Shown: positions 18,654 through 30,472, counted from the stretch's first letter. The stretch: DNA of 64,000 nucleotides from an uncultured Pelagibacteraceae bacterium (GCA_902588785.1 CACIQL010000001.1:85427-149426), one strand, 5' to 3'. Numbers and translations: made by a program. The notes: generated by a model from the letters alone, not told the origin.

Positions 18654-19196
18654 ATGAAAAAACCCCTAATTTTATCATTTTTACTATTATTTTTTGTTTC
18701 TTGTGCACAAATCCAAGCATTGCAGGACGATCCAACGTCATACGATTCACAAAGTGAGAAAATTCTAACTGAAAAAACTGAGGATAGAGGTGTTAACTTG
18801 CCCACAGGAAGTTCAATTATTGAAGGTACCTCAGGTTTTAGTCTCAATGATGCATTTGGTGGCCTTGGTTCTGGTGCTTACCCTCAAGCAAATTCTATCA
18901 CGTTTAATGTAGCGTTGGATAAAGTTGGATTTATGCCATTGATCTCAGTTGACTCAATGTCAGGAATTATTGTTACAGACTGGTACAGTTTAGATGATGG
19001 CGAGAGTAGAATTAAAATAAATATACGTGTTGTCGATCAGGAATTAACGAATGAGAGCATAACAGTATCGTTGTTTACGCAAACATTAGATGGTGATAGA
19101 TGGATAGATCAAGGCATTAATTCTGAACAAAGTTTAAAAATAAAAGAGAGTATTTTAACGTCAGCAAGATCATTAAAAGTTGCATCAGAACTATAA
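18654..19196 (+). CDS. lipoprotein of unknown function (possibly DUF3576-type)
   Basis: The ATG at 18654 gives MKKPLILSFLLLFFVSCAQ, a signal peptide plus lipobox. Lies upstream of leuS, as in many alphaproteobacteria. Confidence 0.6.
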   Translation: MKKPLILSFLLLFFVSCAQIQALQDDPTSYDSQSEKILTEKTEDRGVNLPTGSSIIEGTSGFSLNDAFGGLGSGAYPQANSITFNVALDKVGFMPLISVDSMSGIIVTDWYSLDDGESRIKINIRVVDQELTNESITVSLFTQTLDGDRWIDQGINSEQSLKIKESILTSARSLKVASEL

Positions 19197-19211
19197 GCCT
19201 TTAACTATTAA

Positions 19212-21785
19212 TTGATGTCAGAAAAATATAATTCCAGAGTAGTTGAAAAGAAGTGGCAATCTTATTGGAGTGAACATCAATTATTTGAAAGCAAAATAGT
19301 ATCAGATAAAAAAAAATATTACATCTTAGAAATGTTTCCTTATCCATCGGGAAAAATTCATATGGGGCATGTCCGTAATTATACATTAGGGGATGTAATT
19401 GCAAGATACAAAAGAGCTCAGGGATTTAATGTGATGCATCCAATGGGATGGGACGCATTCGGACTACCAGCTGAAAATGCAGCAATTGAAAATAAAACTT
19501 CACCTAAAACTTGGACTTACGAAAATATAGAAACGATGAAAAATCAATTAAAGCAAATGGGTCTTTCAATTGATTGGTCCAGAGAAATTGCGACGTGCGA
19601 TAAACTTTATTATCAAAACCAACAAAAACTCTTTTTAGAATTTTACCGCAAAAATTTAATTTACAAAAAAGAGTCTCTCGTGAATTGGGACCCAGTTGAG
19701 AATACAGTGCTTGCAAATGAACAAGTGATAGATGGTAAGGGTTGGCGATCAGGAGCCGAGGTAGAACAAAAGAAACTGTCACAATGGTTTTTCAAAATTA
19801 CTGACTATGCGGAACAATTGCTTAAAGCTCTAGACGATATGTCTGGATGGCCAGAGAAAGTTCGAACTATGCAAAAAAATTGGATTGGAAAATCCTTTGG
19901 TTGTGAAATTGATTTTGTAATTTCTTCAGAATTAGATGAATTTAATGATGAAAAGTTAAAAATTTTTACAACTCGCCCGGACACAATTTTTGGAGCAACT
20001 TTTTGCGCATTATCTCCCTTTCACCCCTTTGTGGATAGGTTGGTAAAACAAAATGAAACTCTTAATAGTCAAGTCAATGAATTGAGATCCCAAAAAATTA
20101 GCGAGGAGTCGATAGCTAAAAATGAGAAAGTAGGAATTCAGACAGAGTTATTTATCAAACATCCTTTTATTGAGAACAAACTGCTTCCAATCTTTATAGC
20201 AAATTTCATCTTAATGGATTACGGATCTGGAGCTATTTATGGTTGTCCTGCGCACGACCAAAGAGACTTGGATTTTGCAAATAAATATGATTTAGAAATT
20301 ATCCAGGTTATAAATCCAACTGACAATATCGAACTTGATAAAAAAACTGCTTACACTGGAAGTGGTAAGCTTATTAATTCTCAATTTTTAAATGATCTAT
20401 CTATTGATGAAGCTAAGAAAGAAATTATTAAAAGAGTTGAGGAACTTAACATAGGAAAGAAGACTACTAACTTTAGACTTCGCGATTGGGGTGTCTCCCG
20501 ACAAAGATATTGGGGGTGTCCAATTCCTATTATGTATAGAGAAGACGGTGAGGTAATTGAAGTCCCTGAGGATCAGCTACCGTTGGAATTGCCAGATGAT
20601 ATTGACTTAAGTATTCCTGGCAACCCTCTTGATAATCATCCGGAGTGGAAATTCACAAAATGTCCTGAAACAGGTATGAAAGCTATAAGAGAAACAGACA
20701 CGCTTGATACTTTCGTCGACTCAGCATGGTATTTTTTAAGATTTTGTTCACCGCTCGATACAAAAGAGCCTTTTAACATAGATGAAATTGATTATTGGAT
20801 GCCAGTTGATCAATACGTTGGTGGTGTAGAGCATGCCATATTACATTTATTGTACTCCAGATTTTTTACTAAAGCGCTTAACATCAAAGGATTGGATGAG
20901 CCTTTTGATAGCTTATTTACTCAAGGAATGGTTTGTCATCACACATTTCAAAATGAATCTCATGCATGGGTATATCCCGATGATGTAGAAAAGAAAGACT
21001 CAAAGTATTTTCAAATATCTACAGGGGAACCAGTCACAATGGGAGAAATTGAATCGATGTCAAAATCAAAGAAAAATGTAATTGATCCTGAATCAATAAT
21101 AAGTACATACGGAGCTGACTCAGCAAGATGGTTCATGTTATCTGACAGTCCGCCTGAAAAAGACATCAATTGGACAGACTCGGGTATTAATGGAGCGTGG
21201 AAGATATGTCAGAAAATTTGGACGATTGTTCAAAATAATAAGAATAACCTTAAGCAAACGATAAACAGCAATAACATAGCATTTGAAGGGGAATCCCTTA
21301 ACTTTATTAGAATTATACATCAAAACCTTCATGCCATTACTCAGAGTATTGAGAAATTTCAAATGAATGTCTCAATTGCAAAAGTTTTTGAGATAGTTAA
21401 CGCAATTTCTAAATTTCAAATAAAAGATGAGAAAGACAAAGAGGCAATTAATGAGGCATTACACATCTTAATAAGAGTAATCGAGCCGATGGTTCCACAC
21501 TTGGCAGAAGAATGTTGGTCATTAATTAAAAAAAGTGGATCGATTATGGATGAGCCTTGGCCAACAGCAAATGCAAAGTATTTAGAAAATAAAGATGTTA
21601 CAGTAGTTATTCAAATAAATGGTAAAAGGCGGGGAGAAATTGTTGTGCCAAAAGATACTTCAGAAAGTGAAGTTGAAAAAGAAATTCAAAATATCAAAAA
21701 CATAAAAGATGCCTTATCGGGAAAAAGTATATTAAAATCAATTTATGTTCCAAATAAAATACTTAACATTGTTGTTGAAAAATGA
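19212..21785 (+). CDS. leuS: leucine--tRNA ligase
   Basis: 857 aa with class I motifs HMGH ([13 protein letters not shown]) and KMSKSKKN. Confidence 0.97.
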   Translation: MMSEKYNSRVVEKKWQSYWSEHQLFESKIVSDKKKYYILEMFPYPSGKIHMGHVRNYTLGDVIARYKRAQGFNVMHPMGWDAFGLPAENAAIENKTSPKTWTYENIETMKNQLKQMGLSIDWSREIATCDKLYYQNQQKLFLEFYRKNLIYKKESLVNWDPVENTVLANEQVIDGKGWRSGAEVEQKKLSQWFFKITDYAEQLLKALDDMSGWPEKVRTMQKNWIGKSFGCEIDFVISSELDEFNDEKLKIFTTRPDTIFGATFCALSPFHPFVDRLVKQNETLNSQVNELRSQKISEESIAKNEKVGIQTELFIKHPFIENKLLPIFIANFILMDYGSGAIYGCPAHDQRDLDFANKYDLEIIQVINPTDNIELDKKTAYTGSGKLINSQFLNDLSIDEAKKEIIKRVEELNIGKKTTNFRLRDWGVSRQRYWGCPIPIMYREDGEVIEVPEDQLPLELPDDIDLSIPGNPLDNHPEWKFTKCPETGMKAIRETDTLDTFVDSAWYFLRFCSPLDTKEPFNIDEIDYWMPVDQYVGGVEHAILHLLYSRFFTKALNIKGLDEPFDSLFTQGMVCHHTFQNESHAWVYPDDVEKKDSKYFQISTGEPVTMGEIESMSKSKKNVIDPESIISTYGADSARWFMLSDSPPEKDINWTDSGINGAWKICQKIWTIVQNNKNNLKQTINSNNIAFEGESLNFIRIIHQNLHAITQSIEKFQMNVSIAKVFEIVNAISKFQIKDEKDKEAINEALHILIRVIEPMVPHLAEECWSLIKKSGSIMDEPWPTANAKYLENKDVTVVIQINGKRRGEIVVPKDTSESEVEKEIQNIKNIKDALSGKSILKSIYVPNKILNIVVEK

Positions 21786-23491
21786 ACAGGCACGAACGAA
21801 GAAGACAGAAAAAAAATAATAAACTCAATCGGACAGTTAATCAAGATTTACTGGAGGGCATAAGACTTCATACAAACAAAAATTATAAACAAGCTGAGTC
21901 TTTGTATAATAAAGTGCTGTTAACAGAACCTTCAAATTATGAAGCGCTAAGGCATTTGGGTATTCTTAATCAAGATCTGGAACAATATGAAAAAGCTTAT
22001 AATTATTTTCTACAAGCTTTCAAAATAAATCAGAACGGTTTTCAAGTTTTGAACAATTTGGCAACAATACACATGCTAAACAAAAATTATAACCTTGCAC
22101 ACAAATGCCTAAGTCAATCATTCAAAATTAATTCTAATTATGTGCCCACCATAAATAATTTGGCAGGCTATTACCATAAAGTGAATGATCCAAGAAATGC
22201 ACTTTATTATTCCCAATTGTCGCTAAAGATTCAGCCGAATAACCCAATGGCCTTAAATCAACATGCTAAAGCTCTGGTTATCAATAACCAACCTGAACAA
22301 GCAATTGAGATATTAGAAAAATTAAATGAAGTGATTAGTGACAATGACGATTTTAAATTAAATTTATCTTCAGCGTATCGTGAGATGGGTGAAATTGAAA
22401 AAGCGAATAGAATTTCTTCAGAAGGCTTTAAAAAGGATTATAAAAAAGTTCTTTATTTGATGGGTTACACCAAGGATAAAAATAATAAATTGAACAGCGA
22501 GCAAATTACATATTACGATGAACTTTTAAAAACTGACAAATTAGATTCTGACGATAAAGCAATTGTTTGTCATTCCTTTTTTGAATATTTTAAAAATCAA
22601 AAAGAATACAAAAAAGCAGGTTCTTACCTTGTTACTGGCAATGATGCACAATATGCATCTAAATCATTTGATATGAGTATAGAAAGGAATTTCTTTGAAA
22701 AAATAAAAAATTTATTTTCTAGAACCATAGATTTCAATGTTAAAGATCAAATAAATCAAAGAGTGCCTATCTTTGTTTGCGGCATGCCAAGATCAGGCAC
22801 AACTTTGTGTGAGCAAATACTTTCTTCCCATTCCAAAATAACTGGAGCAGGAGAACTTAATTATTTGGCAGAAGTTTCAAAGGTAATTCGTGTTATTCAA
22901 CCAAGTGAGGAAAACTTGCAAAATTTTGAAGCAGCTCTAAAAAATCCAGCTGAACTTAAAAAGGCTAGAGATGATTATCTCAATAATTTAGCCAAATGGG
23001 ATAAAAATAACTCTGTCTACATTTGTGATAAAATGCCACATAATTTTATTTTTATTGGATTTATAAAATTAATTTTACCTGAGGCAAAGATTATATATTG
23101 CAAAAGGGATCCTATAGATAATTGCTTTTCATTGTACTCACATAAATTTTTAGAACTTTCACATCAGTATTCCTATAATCAAAAAATTTTAGTTGAATAT
23201 TATAGACTGCACCAAGAACTTATGAGATTCTGGTTTAAAAGATATGAAGATGATATTTTTGTTTTAGACAACGAAGAATTAGTTAATAATCAAGAATTAG
23301 TTTCAAAAAAATTAATTGATTTTTGCAATCTTGATTGGGAAAAAGAATGTTTAAACTTTCATAAAAACAAGAGGCAAGTTCGAACAGCAAGTATTGAACA
23401 AGTGAGAAAACCGATTAATAATAAATCTATCGGAGCTTGGAAAAGGTATGAAGACTATTTATCTGAAATGTTATCGGAGTTAAAATCATGA
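21782..23491 (+). CDS. TPR-repeat protein with C-terminal sulfotransferase domain
   Basis: 569 aa with TPR repeats over residues approx 20-215. The C-terminal half has the PAPS 5'-phosphosulfate loop [10 protein letters not shown] and [15 protein letters not shown] (3'-phosphate-binding-like motif). ATGA overlaps on both sides. Confidence 0.85.
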   Translation: MNRHERRRQKKNNKLNRTVNQDLLEGIRLHTNKNYKQAESLYNKVLLTEPSNYEALRHLGILNQDLEQYEKAYNYFLQAFKINQNGFQVLNNLATIHMLNKNYNLAHKCLSQSFKINSNYVPTINNLAGYYHKVNDPRNALYYSQLSLKIQPNNPMALNQHAKALVINNQPEQAIEILEKLNEVISDNDDFKLNLSSAYREMGEIEKANRISSEGFKKDYKKVLYLMGYTKDKNNKLNSEQITYYDELLKTDKLDSDDKAIVCHSFFEYFKNQKEYKKAGSYLVTGNDAQYASKSFDMSIERNFFEKIKNLFSRTIDFNVKDQINQRVPIFVCGMPRSGTTLCEQILSSHSKITGAGELNYLAEVSKVIRVIQPSEENLQNFEAALKNPAELKKARDDYLNNLAKWDKNNSVYICDKMPHNFIFIGFIKLILPEAKIIYCKRDPIDNCFSLYSHKFLELSHQYSYNQKILVEYYRLHQELMRFWFKRYEDDIFVLDNEELVNNQELVSKKLIDFCNLDWEKECLNFHKNKRQVRTASIEQVRKPINNKSIGAWKRYEDYLSEMLSELKS

Positions 23492-23955
23492 GTAAACTCT
23501 TAGCAACTTTAGCATTATTTTTTATATTTTTAAGTTGTGGTTTTAAACCAATTTATAAAATTGCAATTGATGATACAAGCATTGATGGTTACTCTATGGT
23601 GGTAACTAACCAAGTTGCAAGAGAAATTATTGAAGAAGTCAATAACACTGTTGTTCAAGGTGAAAATCCAAAATATAAAGCACTTCTTAGTATATATGAG
23701 GATTTAACTCCATTAATTGTAAACACTAACGGAACGGTTGCAAAATATAGAATTGAGATAGAAATAAAGTATGAACTTATACAAATAGATATAAATGAAG
23801 TGATTTCTGCAGGCACCACGCGCGGTTTTGCTCAATATGATGTTACTGGTTCAGAAATAATCAATGAAGATACCAAAAGAAGTATGACCAAGATTGCTAC
23901 TAAAAATGCTATTCAGTTAATGACGTCTAGAATCCAAAGTAGTATTTCAAGATAG
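23488..23955 (+). CDS. lptE: LPS-assembly lipoprotein LptE (RlpB)-like
   Basis: 155 aa with signal plus lipobox (FIFLSCGF). Sits in the conserved position between leuS and holA. Confidence 0.65.
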   Translation: MSKLLATLALFFIFLSCGFKPIYKIAIDDTSIDGYSMVVTNQVAREIIEEVNNTVVQGENPKYKALLSIYEDLTPLIVNTNGTVAKYRIEIEIKYELIQIDINEVISAGTTRGFAQYDVTGSEIINEDTKRSMTKIATKNAIQLMTSRIQSSISR

Positions 23956-24981
23956 ATGATCATTAAGGAACATCAGGTAGAAAAAATCATTAAAGACAGC
24001 GCGCAGTTTTTAAATATTTTAATATATGGTCCTAATGAAGGTCTTGTAAAAGACCAAATAGGAAAATTAACAAAAAATTATTTACCACACGATGAATATG
24101 AGGAAATTTATTTTAATGGAAAAGAATTAGACGATGACCCGGGCTCCCTTGAGGCAATTATTCAGTCGGTTTCTATGTTCTTCAAAAATAAAATCGTTAT
24201 AGCTGATGGAATAAAAGATAAACACTTAAACATTATTGAAGAAATTATTTCAAAAAAACCGCAACAAGGAGTTCTAATTATCAGAGAAGGCATTTTAAGT
24301 AAATCTTCAAAAATTAGGAAATTTTTTGAAGAACATAAAACTTGTTTATCGCTTCCATGTTATGAAGATGATAGCCGTTCAATAATGAGAAACATTGAGG
24401 AATTTACGAGAAATAATAAATTTGAATTAAACAGAGATATAAAAAATTATCTATTACAATCACTTAGTAACGACCGCATGATAAGCAAACGTGAACTTGA
24501 AAAAATTAAAATATTTTATAAGAACTCTAATTCAAAAATTAAGCTTGAAGAAATAAAAATTTTACTCAATGACTCCAGCTCTCAAAACTTAAATAAAATG
24601 AATGAATATATCATGTTTGGAAATACATCTAAGAGTTCAAAAATAATAAATAAACTTTTATCTGAGGGAACAAGTCCAATTAGCCTCATTAGAAGTCTGA
24701 TAAACTACTTATTAAGAGTTCAACAAACTAAAATTGAAATGAAAAAAGGCAATAACTTTGATAATTCAATAAAGATACTGAAACCGCCTGTTTTCTGGAA
24801 AGATAAAGACAGCTTTCAAAAACATTGTTTCAAATGGCCCTTGCGAAGCATTGAGACAGGTCTTAACAGACTGCTGGAAACTGAGATTACATGCAAATTG
24901 AACAGCAAATTAGCAAATATAAATTGTGAAAAATCAATTTTATTAATTGCAAATAATGGAAAGCAATATTTTAAAAATTAA
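23956..24981 (+). CDS. holA: DNA polymerase III subunit delta
   Basis: 341 aa. The length, the N-terminal pattern (LIYGPNEGLV) and the position after lptE fit HolA. Confidence 0.8.
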   Translation: MIIKEHQVEKIIKDSAQFLNILIYGPNEGLVKDQIGKLTKNYLPHDEYEEIYFNGKELDDDPGSLEAIIQSVSMFFKNKIVIADGIKDKHLNIIEEIISKKPQQGVLIIREGILSKSSKIRKFFEEHKTCLSLPCYEDDSRSIMRNIEEFTRNNKFELNRDIKNYLLQSLSNDRMISKRELEKIKIFYKNSNSKIKLEEIKILLNDSSSQNLNKMNEYIMFGNTSKSSKIINKLLSEGTSPISLIRSLINYLLRVQQTKIEMKKGNNFDNSIKILKPPVFWKDKDSFQKHCFKWPLRSIETGLNRLLETEITCKLNSKLANINCEKSILLIANNGKQYFKN

Positions 24982-25838
24982 TTTTTTAGTTTAGCAGTCA
25001 CTAATTCTAGTTGATCAAGAGACTTGTATTCTATTTTGATTGAACCACCCTTTTTTCCTTTGTGATCGATCAACACGTTTAATCCAAGCTTTGCTGTTAA
25101 ATTATTTTCCAAATCAATCGTATCAGGGTCTTTTAATTTAACTTTCTTAACCCCTGGCTTTCTTTGTTTTGCAAGGTCTTCTGCGGCTCTTACACTTAAA
25201 TTTTCACTAACAATTTTTTCAGCTAGTTGTTCTGGGAAGGCACTATTCATAATAGCGCGGGCATGCCCTGATGAAATCTTTCCCTCAGAAATCATATCTT
25301 GAATGGACTGAGGTAAACCAAGTAGTCTGATTATATTTGCAATATGACTTCTGCTTTTACCAACAATATCTGCAAGTGCTTCTTGAGTATGGCCGTGGTT
25401 TTCAATTAATCTTTTATATCCCGCTGCTTCTTCAATTGGTGATAGATCAGAACGTTGTACATTTTCTATAATTGCGATTTCTAACGCTTCTACATCATCT
25501 AGTTTTCTAACAACTGCAGGAATTTCGTGAAGTTGTGCAATTTGGGCTGCTCGCCATCTTCTCTCACCTGCAATGATTTCATATATTCCAGTTTCTGTTG
25601 GTGAGGGTCTAACTAATATTGGTTGAACAAGCCCTTTAGATTTTATGGACTCAGCTAATTCATTAATACTATTTTTATCAAATAGTCTTCGAGGCTGTGA
25701 CGGGCTTGGTTTTAAATTTGAAATAGAAATCTTTGTTTCTTGATTTGAAGTTTCATTTTGAATTGAGATATCTTTAGTATCACCCATAAGTGATGAAAGT
25801 CCGCGACCCAAACCTTTTTTTGAAATTGATGAACTCAT
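24978..25838 (-). CDS. parB: chromosome partitioning protein ParB
   Basis: 286 aa with LGRGLSSL, QPRR, the IIAGERRWRAA ParB box, and an HTH (GHTQEALADIVGKSRSHIAN). Confidence 0.95.
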   Translation of the reverse strand: MSSSISKKGLGRGLSSLMGDTKDISIQNETSNQETKISISNLKPSPSQPRRLFDKNSINELAESIKSKGLVQPILVRPSPTETGIYEIIAGERRWRAAQIAQLHEIPAVVRKLDDVEALEIAIIENVQRSDLSPIEEAAGYKRLIENHGHTQEALADIVGKSRSHIANIIRLLGLPQSIQDMISEGKISSGHARAIMNSAFPEQLAEKIVSENLSVRAAEDLAKQRKPGVKKVKLKDPDTIDLENNLTAKLGLNVLIDHKGKKGGSIKIEYKSLDQLELVTAKLKN

Positions 25839-26626
25839 TATGCTGCCTCCTGTTCTTTATTTTGTCTTATGATCTCATCCGCTAATCTTAAATATGCCTG
25901 ACTACCGGCAGCCTTTTGATCATAAATTAATGCAGGCATACCAAATGAAGGAGCTTCTGAAACTCTTACGTTACGGGGTATGATGGTTTCATATACTTGT
26001 TGACTTAAATGTTTTTTAACGTCGTCAGCAACTTGTGAAGAAAGTTTATTTCTTGCATCGAACATTGTTAACACTATTCCATCGATTGTTAGATTTTGAT
26101 TTAGATTTTGTTTAACCCTATCAATTGTTTTTATTAATTGACTAAGACCTTCTAAAGCAAAAAATTCACATTGAAGTGGGACTATGACAGAGTCAGCTGC
26201 GGTCATTGCCATGACAGTTAAAAGACTTAAAGCTGGTGGGCAATCAATAAAAACAAAACTAAAATCATTTAATGAGTTTTGGTCTGTTAAAATTTTTTTA
26301 AGTGTAAAAGCTCTATCATTTACTTCAGCAAGTTCAGGTTCAATGCCTGATAGATCCACAGTGGATGGAATGATTTTTAAATTTTCTATTTCAGTATTTT
26401 GAATTGCATCAAATAAATTGCTTTGAGATGCAAGAACTTCATAAATTGAATTATTTCTATTTTGATAATCTATACCTAAACCTGTACTAGCGTTTCCTTG
26501 AGGGTCGAGATCAATAATTAAAACTTTTTCCCCAATAGCGGCTAAGGCTGTGGATAAGTTTATTGCTGTTGTAGTTTTTCCCACTCCACCTTTCTGATTT
26601 GAGATAGCAATTATTTTATTTTTCAT
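25838..26626 (-). CDS. parA: chromosome partitioning ATPase ParA
   Basis: 262 aa with deviant Walker A NQKGGVGKTTTAINL. Confidence 0.95.
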   Translation of the reverse strand: MKNKIIAISNQKGGVGKTTTAINLSTALAAIGEKVLIIDLDPQGNASTGLGIDYQNRNNSIYEVLASQSNLFDAIQNTEIENLKIIPSTVDLSGIEPELAEVNDRAFTLKKILTDQNSLNDFSFVFIDCPPALSLLTVMAMTAADSVIVPLQCEFFALEGLSQLIKTIDRVKQNLNQNLTIDGIVLTMFDARNKLSSQVADDVKKHLSQQVYETIIPRNVRVSEAPSFGMPALIYDQKAAGSQAYLRLADEIIRQNKEQEAA

Positions 26627-27249
26627 TAAGTTATTGATTTTATTATATTTTTTAATTCCAGAATAAAAGAACCCTTTTTTCTTTCATTTTCATGCAATAC
26701 ATGAGTAAAATCCCAACATTTAGTAGCTTGCATGATCTCTTCTTCTATATGTACACCTTTATGCAAAAGCAATGTAGTGTTTTTTTTGCATATATGATAA
26801 CTAATTGATAATAAATGATTTAATTGGCTAACAGCTCTTGCTAAAATGATATCAAATTTTTTATTTTCAATTTTTTCTGCTTTAATGGGAATCACCTCAG
26901 TATTTTTAAGATCTAAGTTAGCAATACATTTGTTAAGAAACGATACTCTTTTAGGTCTATTTTCACATAAAAAAACCTTATTTTTTGGGCCAAATATTAT
27001 CGAAACTGGTATACCTGGAAGACCAGCACCACTGCCAATATCAATGATATCTTTTCCATTGCTAGTTATAAACTGAGCTAATCTTAAAGAATCATAGAAG
27101 TGTCTTATCCAAATAAAATTTTTATCATTCTTTGATATTAAGTTTTGGTCTTCTGCTAAAATCATTTCCCTGAATTCAGCCAATTTTTCTATTGTTTCAC
27201 GTGAAACATTTGGCAAGAGCTCTTTTAGAGCATCAGGCGAATCAATCAT
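26626..27249 (-). CDS. rsmG: 16S rRNA (guanine527-N7)-methyltransferase RsmG (GidB)
   Basis: 207 aa with SAM motif DIGSGAGLPGIP. Sits in the conserved mnmG-rsmG-parAB context. Confidence 0.9.
   Translation of the reverse strand: MIDSPDALKELLPNVSRETIEKLAEFREMILAEDQNLISKNDKNFIWIRHFYDSLRLAQFITSNGKDIIDIGSGAGLPGIPVSIIFGPKNKVFLCENRPKRVSFLNKCIANLDLKNTEVIPIKAEKIENKKFDIILARAVSQLNHLLSISYHICKKNTTLLLHKGVHIEEEIMQATKCWDFTHVLHENERKKGSFILELKNIIKSIT
27193..27208. other. parS centromere-like site (perfect consensus palindrome)
   Basis: Exact TGTTTCACGTGAAACA 16-mer. It lies inside the 5' end of rsmG (codons NVSRET), about 570 bp upstream of the parA start codon. Confidence 0.85.
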
Positions 27250-27259
27250 TATTTTGATA

Positions 27260-29128
27260 TTAAGCTAATTTTTGAGATTTAGCTTTGGTTTTTATATATG
27301 ATAAAATAACACTGAGAGCTGCAGGCGTAACTCCATCAATTCTTGATGCTTGAGATAAGTTTTTAGGCTTAATTTTTGTTAGTTTTTCAACGATTTCTGT
27401 AGATAAACTGGGAATTAATTCGTAATTCAGATTAGTGGGAATTTCAACTTTTTCCTCTTTTGTTAGTGAAATGATCTCACTTTCCTGTTTCTTGAGATAA
27501 CCTTTGTAATGAGCCTCAGTTGTTATTTGATCCAAGATTTCTCTGTTATATTGCTTTAGATTTAAGTCAAAGATCTCATCTATTTTATCAATATCAATGT
27601 GAGGATAAGCTAACAAGTCAAAAGCTGATCTTTTTTTGCCATCTTGGTTAATTTGAACCCCAATTTTTAAAAGTGCATTAGGTGTAACATATTGATTTTT
27701 AACAATTTTATTTACTTTATCTAGTTCAACTATTTTAGCTGAATATTTTTGATATCTATCAGCGTCAACTAACCCTAAATTATGGCCAATCTCAGTTAAT
27801 CTTAAATCTGCATTATCTGCTCTCAATAACAGTCTATATTCTGCTCTAGAAGTGAACATTCTGTAGGGCTCCGTAACCCCCTTCAGGGTTAAGTCGTCTA
27901 TCATTACTCCAATGTATGAGTCGTTTCGTGAAAAAACATGTTCTTTATTACTAAGGGAGATTGCAGCATTCAAACCTGCTACAAGCCCTTGCGCAGCAGC
28001 TTCCTCGTAACCTGTTGTGCCGTTTATTTGTCCAGCAAGATAGAGTCCTTTTATTTTTTTAGTTTCCAAGGTTTGATAAAGTTCTTGTGGATCAATAAAA
28101 TCGTATTCAATTGCATAACCATGCCTTACTATTTTAGCATTCTCTAAACCACTGATTTTACTTATGAATTCGTCCTGTACCTCCGACGGGAGTGAAGTTG
28201 AGATGCCATTTGGATATATTAAATCACTCTCAAGTCCTTCTGGTTCTAAAAAAATTTGATGCCTCAATTTATCTGCAAATTTAACTATTTTGTCCTCTAC
28301 TGAAGGGCAATATCTAGGACCTGTCCCACTGATTTGACCTGAGTAAATAGCTGATTTTGTTATATTTTTCTGAATTATATTGTGAACTGCCTCATTGGTA
28401 TACGTCATGTGGCACGGTAATTGTTCATTATAAGTTTTTGTGGTTAAGAACGAAAAGTAAGAGTGCTCATCGTCAGCCTCCTGTTTTTCAAGTCTAGAAA
28501 AGTCTATTGTATTTTTATCCAGTCTCGCAGGTGTCCCAGTTTTTAGGCGTCCAATATTAAAGCCAGTTTTATAGAGTGAGTCTGCAAGTCCTATTGAGGG
28601 AGAATCGCCGTGTCTTCCAGCTGGGATAGTTTTGTCTCCTAAGTGGATAAGGCCATTCAAAAATGTACCAGTTGTGATGATAACTTTTTTAGTAGATATT
28701 TTTTTACCGCTTGCGCAAATCACACCAGCAATTTGTTTGATACTATCAAAAATTAAATTTTCTACAGGATCAAATAAGAGTTCTAAATTCTTTGTATTTT
28801 CAATCTCCTCCTGCATGTGTTTTTTATAGAGCTTTCTATCTGATTGAGCTCTTGGTCCTCTTACTGCAGGGCCTTTTGTTCTATTGAGTAATCTATATTG
28901 AATGCTTGATAAATCGGCAATACGCCCCATTATTCCATCCAGTGCATCAATTTCCCTTACTAAGTGGCCTTTGCCAAGACCACCAATGGCAGGATTACAG
29001 GACATTTCCCCAATAGTATCAAATTTATGGCTGATTAAGAGGGTTTTTGCACCAATACGCGCAGAAGTAGTTGCGGCTTCACAGCCAGCATGTCCTCCTC
29101 CAACTACAACAACATCATAACTAGTCAT
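27260..29128 (-). CDS. mnmG: tRNA uridine 5-carboxymethylaminomethyl modification enzyme MnmG (GidA)
   Basis: 622 aa with FAD motif [14 protein letters not shown] and full-length GidA architecture. Confidence 0.97.
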   Translation of the reverse strand: MTSYDVVVVGGGHAGCEAATTSARIGAKTLLISHKFDTIGEMSCNPAIGGLGKGHLVREIDALDGIMGRIADLSSIQYRLLNRTKGPAVRGPRAQSDRKLYKKHMQEEIENTKNLELLFDPVENLIFDSIKQIAGVICASGKKISTKKVIITTGTFLNGLIHLGDKTIPAGRHGDSPSIGLADSLYKTGFNIGRLKTGTPARLDKNTIDFSRLEKQEADDEHSYFSFLTTKTYNEQLPCHMTYTNEAVHNIIQKNITKSAIYSGQISGTGPRYCPSVEDKIVKFADKLRHQIFLEPEGLESDLIYPNGISTSLPSEVQDEFISKISGLENAKIVRHGYAIEYDFIDPQELYQTLETKKIKGLYLAGQINGTTGYEEAAAQGLVAGLNAAISLSNKEHVFSRNDSYIGVMIDDLTLKGVTEPYRMFTSRAEYRLLLRADNADLRLTEIGHNLGLVDADRYQKYSAKIVELDKVNKIVKNQYVTPNALLKIGVQINQDGKKRSAFDLLAYPHIDIDKIDEIFDLNLKQYNREILDQITTEAHYKGYLKKQESEIISLTKEEKVEIPTNLNYELIPSLSTEIVEKLTKIKPKNLSQASRIDGVTPAALSVILSYIKTKAKSQKLA

Positions 29129-29176
29129 GATTAAGTTAATTAAATTAACTTAGACTAATTGCAATCAATTATTTTG

Positions 29177-30472
29177 TTATTTACCGATGCAAAAATCTTT
29201 AAAAATAACTTCTAAATATTCTTCAACATCAACATGACCAGTTATTTTTCCGATTTCTTGAATGGCTAATCTTAACTCTTCAACCATAAGTTCAGAATTA
29301 ACTTTTAAATCTATACTTTTTGCACTGAGTAAACTTTGTATTGAATTTTGAACACCTAGAATGTACCGAGTCTTTGTTGGTATTGTATCGGTGTAACTTA
29401 TGAATTTGCTTGATACGTGCTCAGCAATTTTATTGATTAAATTATCAATACCACTTCCATTTGAAACTGAAATATTGATACAGCCTTCTTGTTTGTAATG
29501 ATTGTGTAAGTCACATTTATTTAAAACAATAAGACGATCATCATGTAACTCGACATTGTTTGGATCATCAAATAATTCCAAAACTAAATTTGCTTCTTTA
29601 ATTTTACTTTGAGTTATCTCAATTCCTTTTTTTTCAATCTCGTCTTCAGTATCTCTTAGGCCCGCAGTGTCTGTTAAAATGACTGGAAATCCGGCAATAT
29701 TTAGCCTTACTTCAATCGCATCTCTGGTCGTGCCCTCCCTATCAGACACAATTGCAACATCACGATTTGTGAGTGAATTTATCAAACTTGATTTACCAAC
29801 ATTTGGAGATCCAATGATAGCAACTTTATAACCATCTCGTAATATCTCCCCTTGATTACGTTGTTTTAAATGCTCATTCATTTCACCTAAAAGTTTTTCA
29901 ATTTTTGAATTGATATTGTTAAGAACATTTTCAGGAATATCTTCGTCCGCAAAATCTATATCTGCTTCGAGGTAGGCAACTAACTCTATTAGAGACTTTC
30001 TCCATGATAAATATAATTTATTCAGTGAGCCGTTCATCTGGGACAGTGCTTGATTATGTTGAACTTCAGTTTGGGCATTAATTAGATCACCCATGGCTTC
30101 AATTGCTGTAAGATCCATTTTGTTATTCACAAATGCTCTTTTTGAAAATTCACCGGGTTGAGCAAGTCTTAACTGATCAATATTAGAAAGTGATTTGAGT
30201 AAAAGCTGAACTGTTGTATGGCCGCCATGAACATGAAACTCAACAACGTCTTCACCTGTGAAACTTTTTGGTTTTGAGAAAAACACAGCAAGACCCCTGT
30301 CAATTAGGTTGCCACTTTCTGGATCATAAAATTCTGATTTTGTTAACACGTTTGGATCAAAGTGACTCTTTCTAGAAATTGTTTTAAGTGCAGTAAGTGC
30401 TAAATGTCCTGAAACTCTTACAACCGCTAACCCCGCAACACCGCTAGCAGTTGATAATGCAAAAATTGTCAT
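29177..30472 (-). CDS. mnmE: tRNA modification GTPase MnmE (TrmE)
   Basis: 431 aa with TIFALST, G-domain GSPNVGKSSL / DTAGLR / NKCD, and the C-terminal CIGK motif. Confidence 0.95.
   Translation of the reverse strand: MTIFALSTASGVAGLAVVRVSGHLALTALKTISRKSHFDPNVLTKSEFYDPESGNLIDRGLAVFFSKPKSFTGEDVVEFHVHGGHTTVQLLLKSLSNIDQLRLAQPGEFSKRAFVNNKMDLTAIEAMGDLINAQTEVQHNQALSQMNGSLNKLYLSWRKSLIELVAYLEADIDFADEDIPENVLNNINSKIEKLLGEMNEHLKQRNQGEILRDGYKVAIIGSPNVGKSSLINSLTNRDVAIVSDREGTTRDAIEVRLNIAGFPVILTDTAGLRDTEDEIEKKGIEITQSKIKEANLVLELFDDPNNVELHDDRLIVLNKCDLHNHYKQEGCINISVSNGSGIDNLINKIAEHVSSKFISYTDTIPTKTRYILGVQNSIQSLLSAKSIDLKVNSELMVEELRLAIQEIGKITGHVDVEEYLEVIFKDFCIGK

Noticed and set aside
29133-29151. AT-rich palindrome AAGTTAAT-TAA-ATTAACTT between mnmE and mnmG, considered as a possible terminator.
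   Set aside because: The stem is almost pure A/T with one G:C pair, there is no flanking U-tract, and it sits inside a co-oriented operon. It is most likely a chance palindrome in AT-rich DNA.
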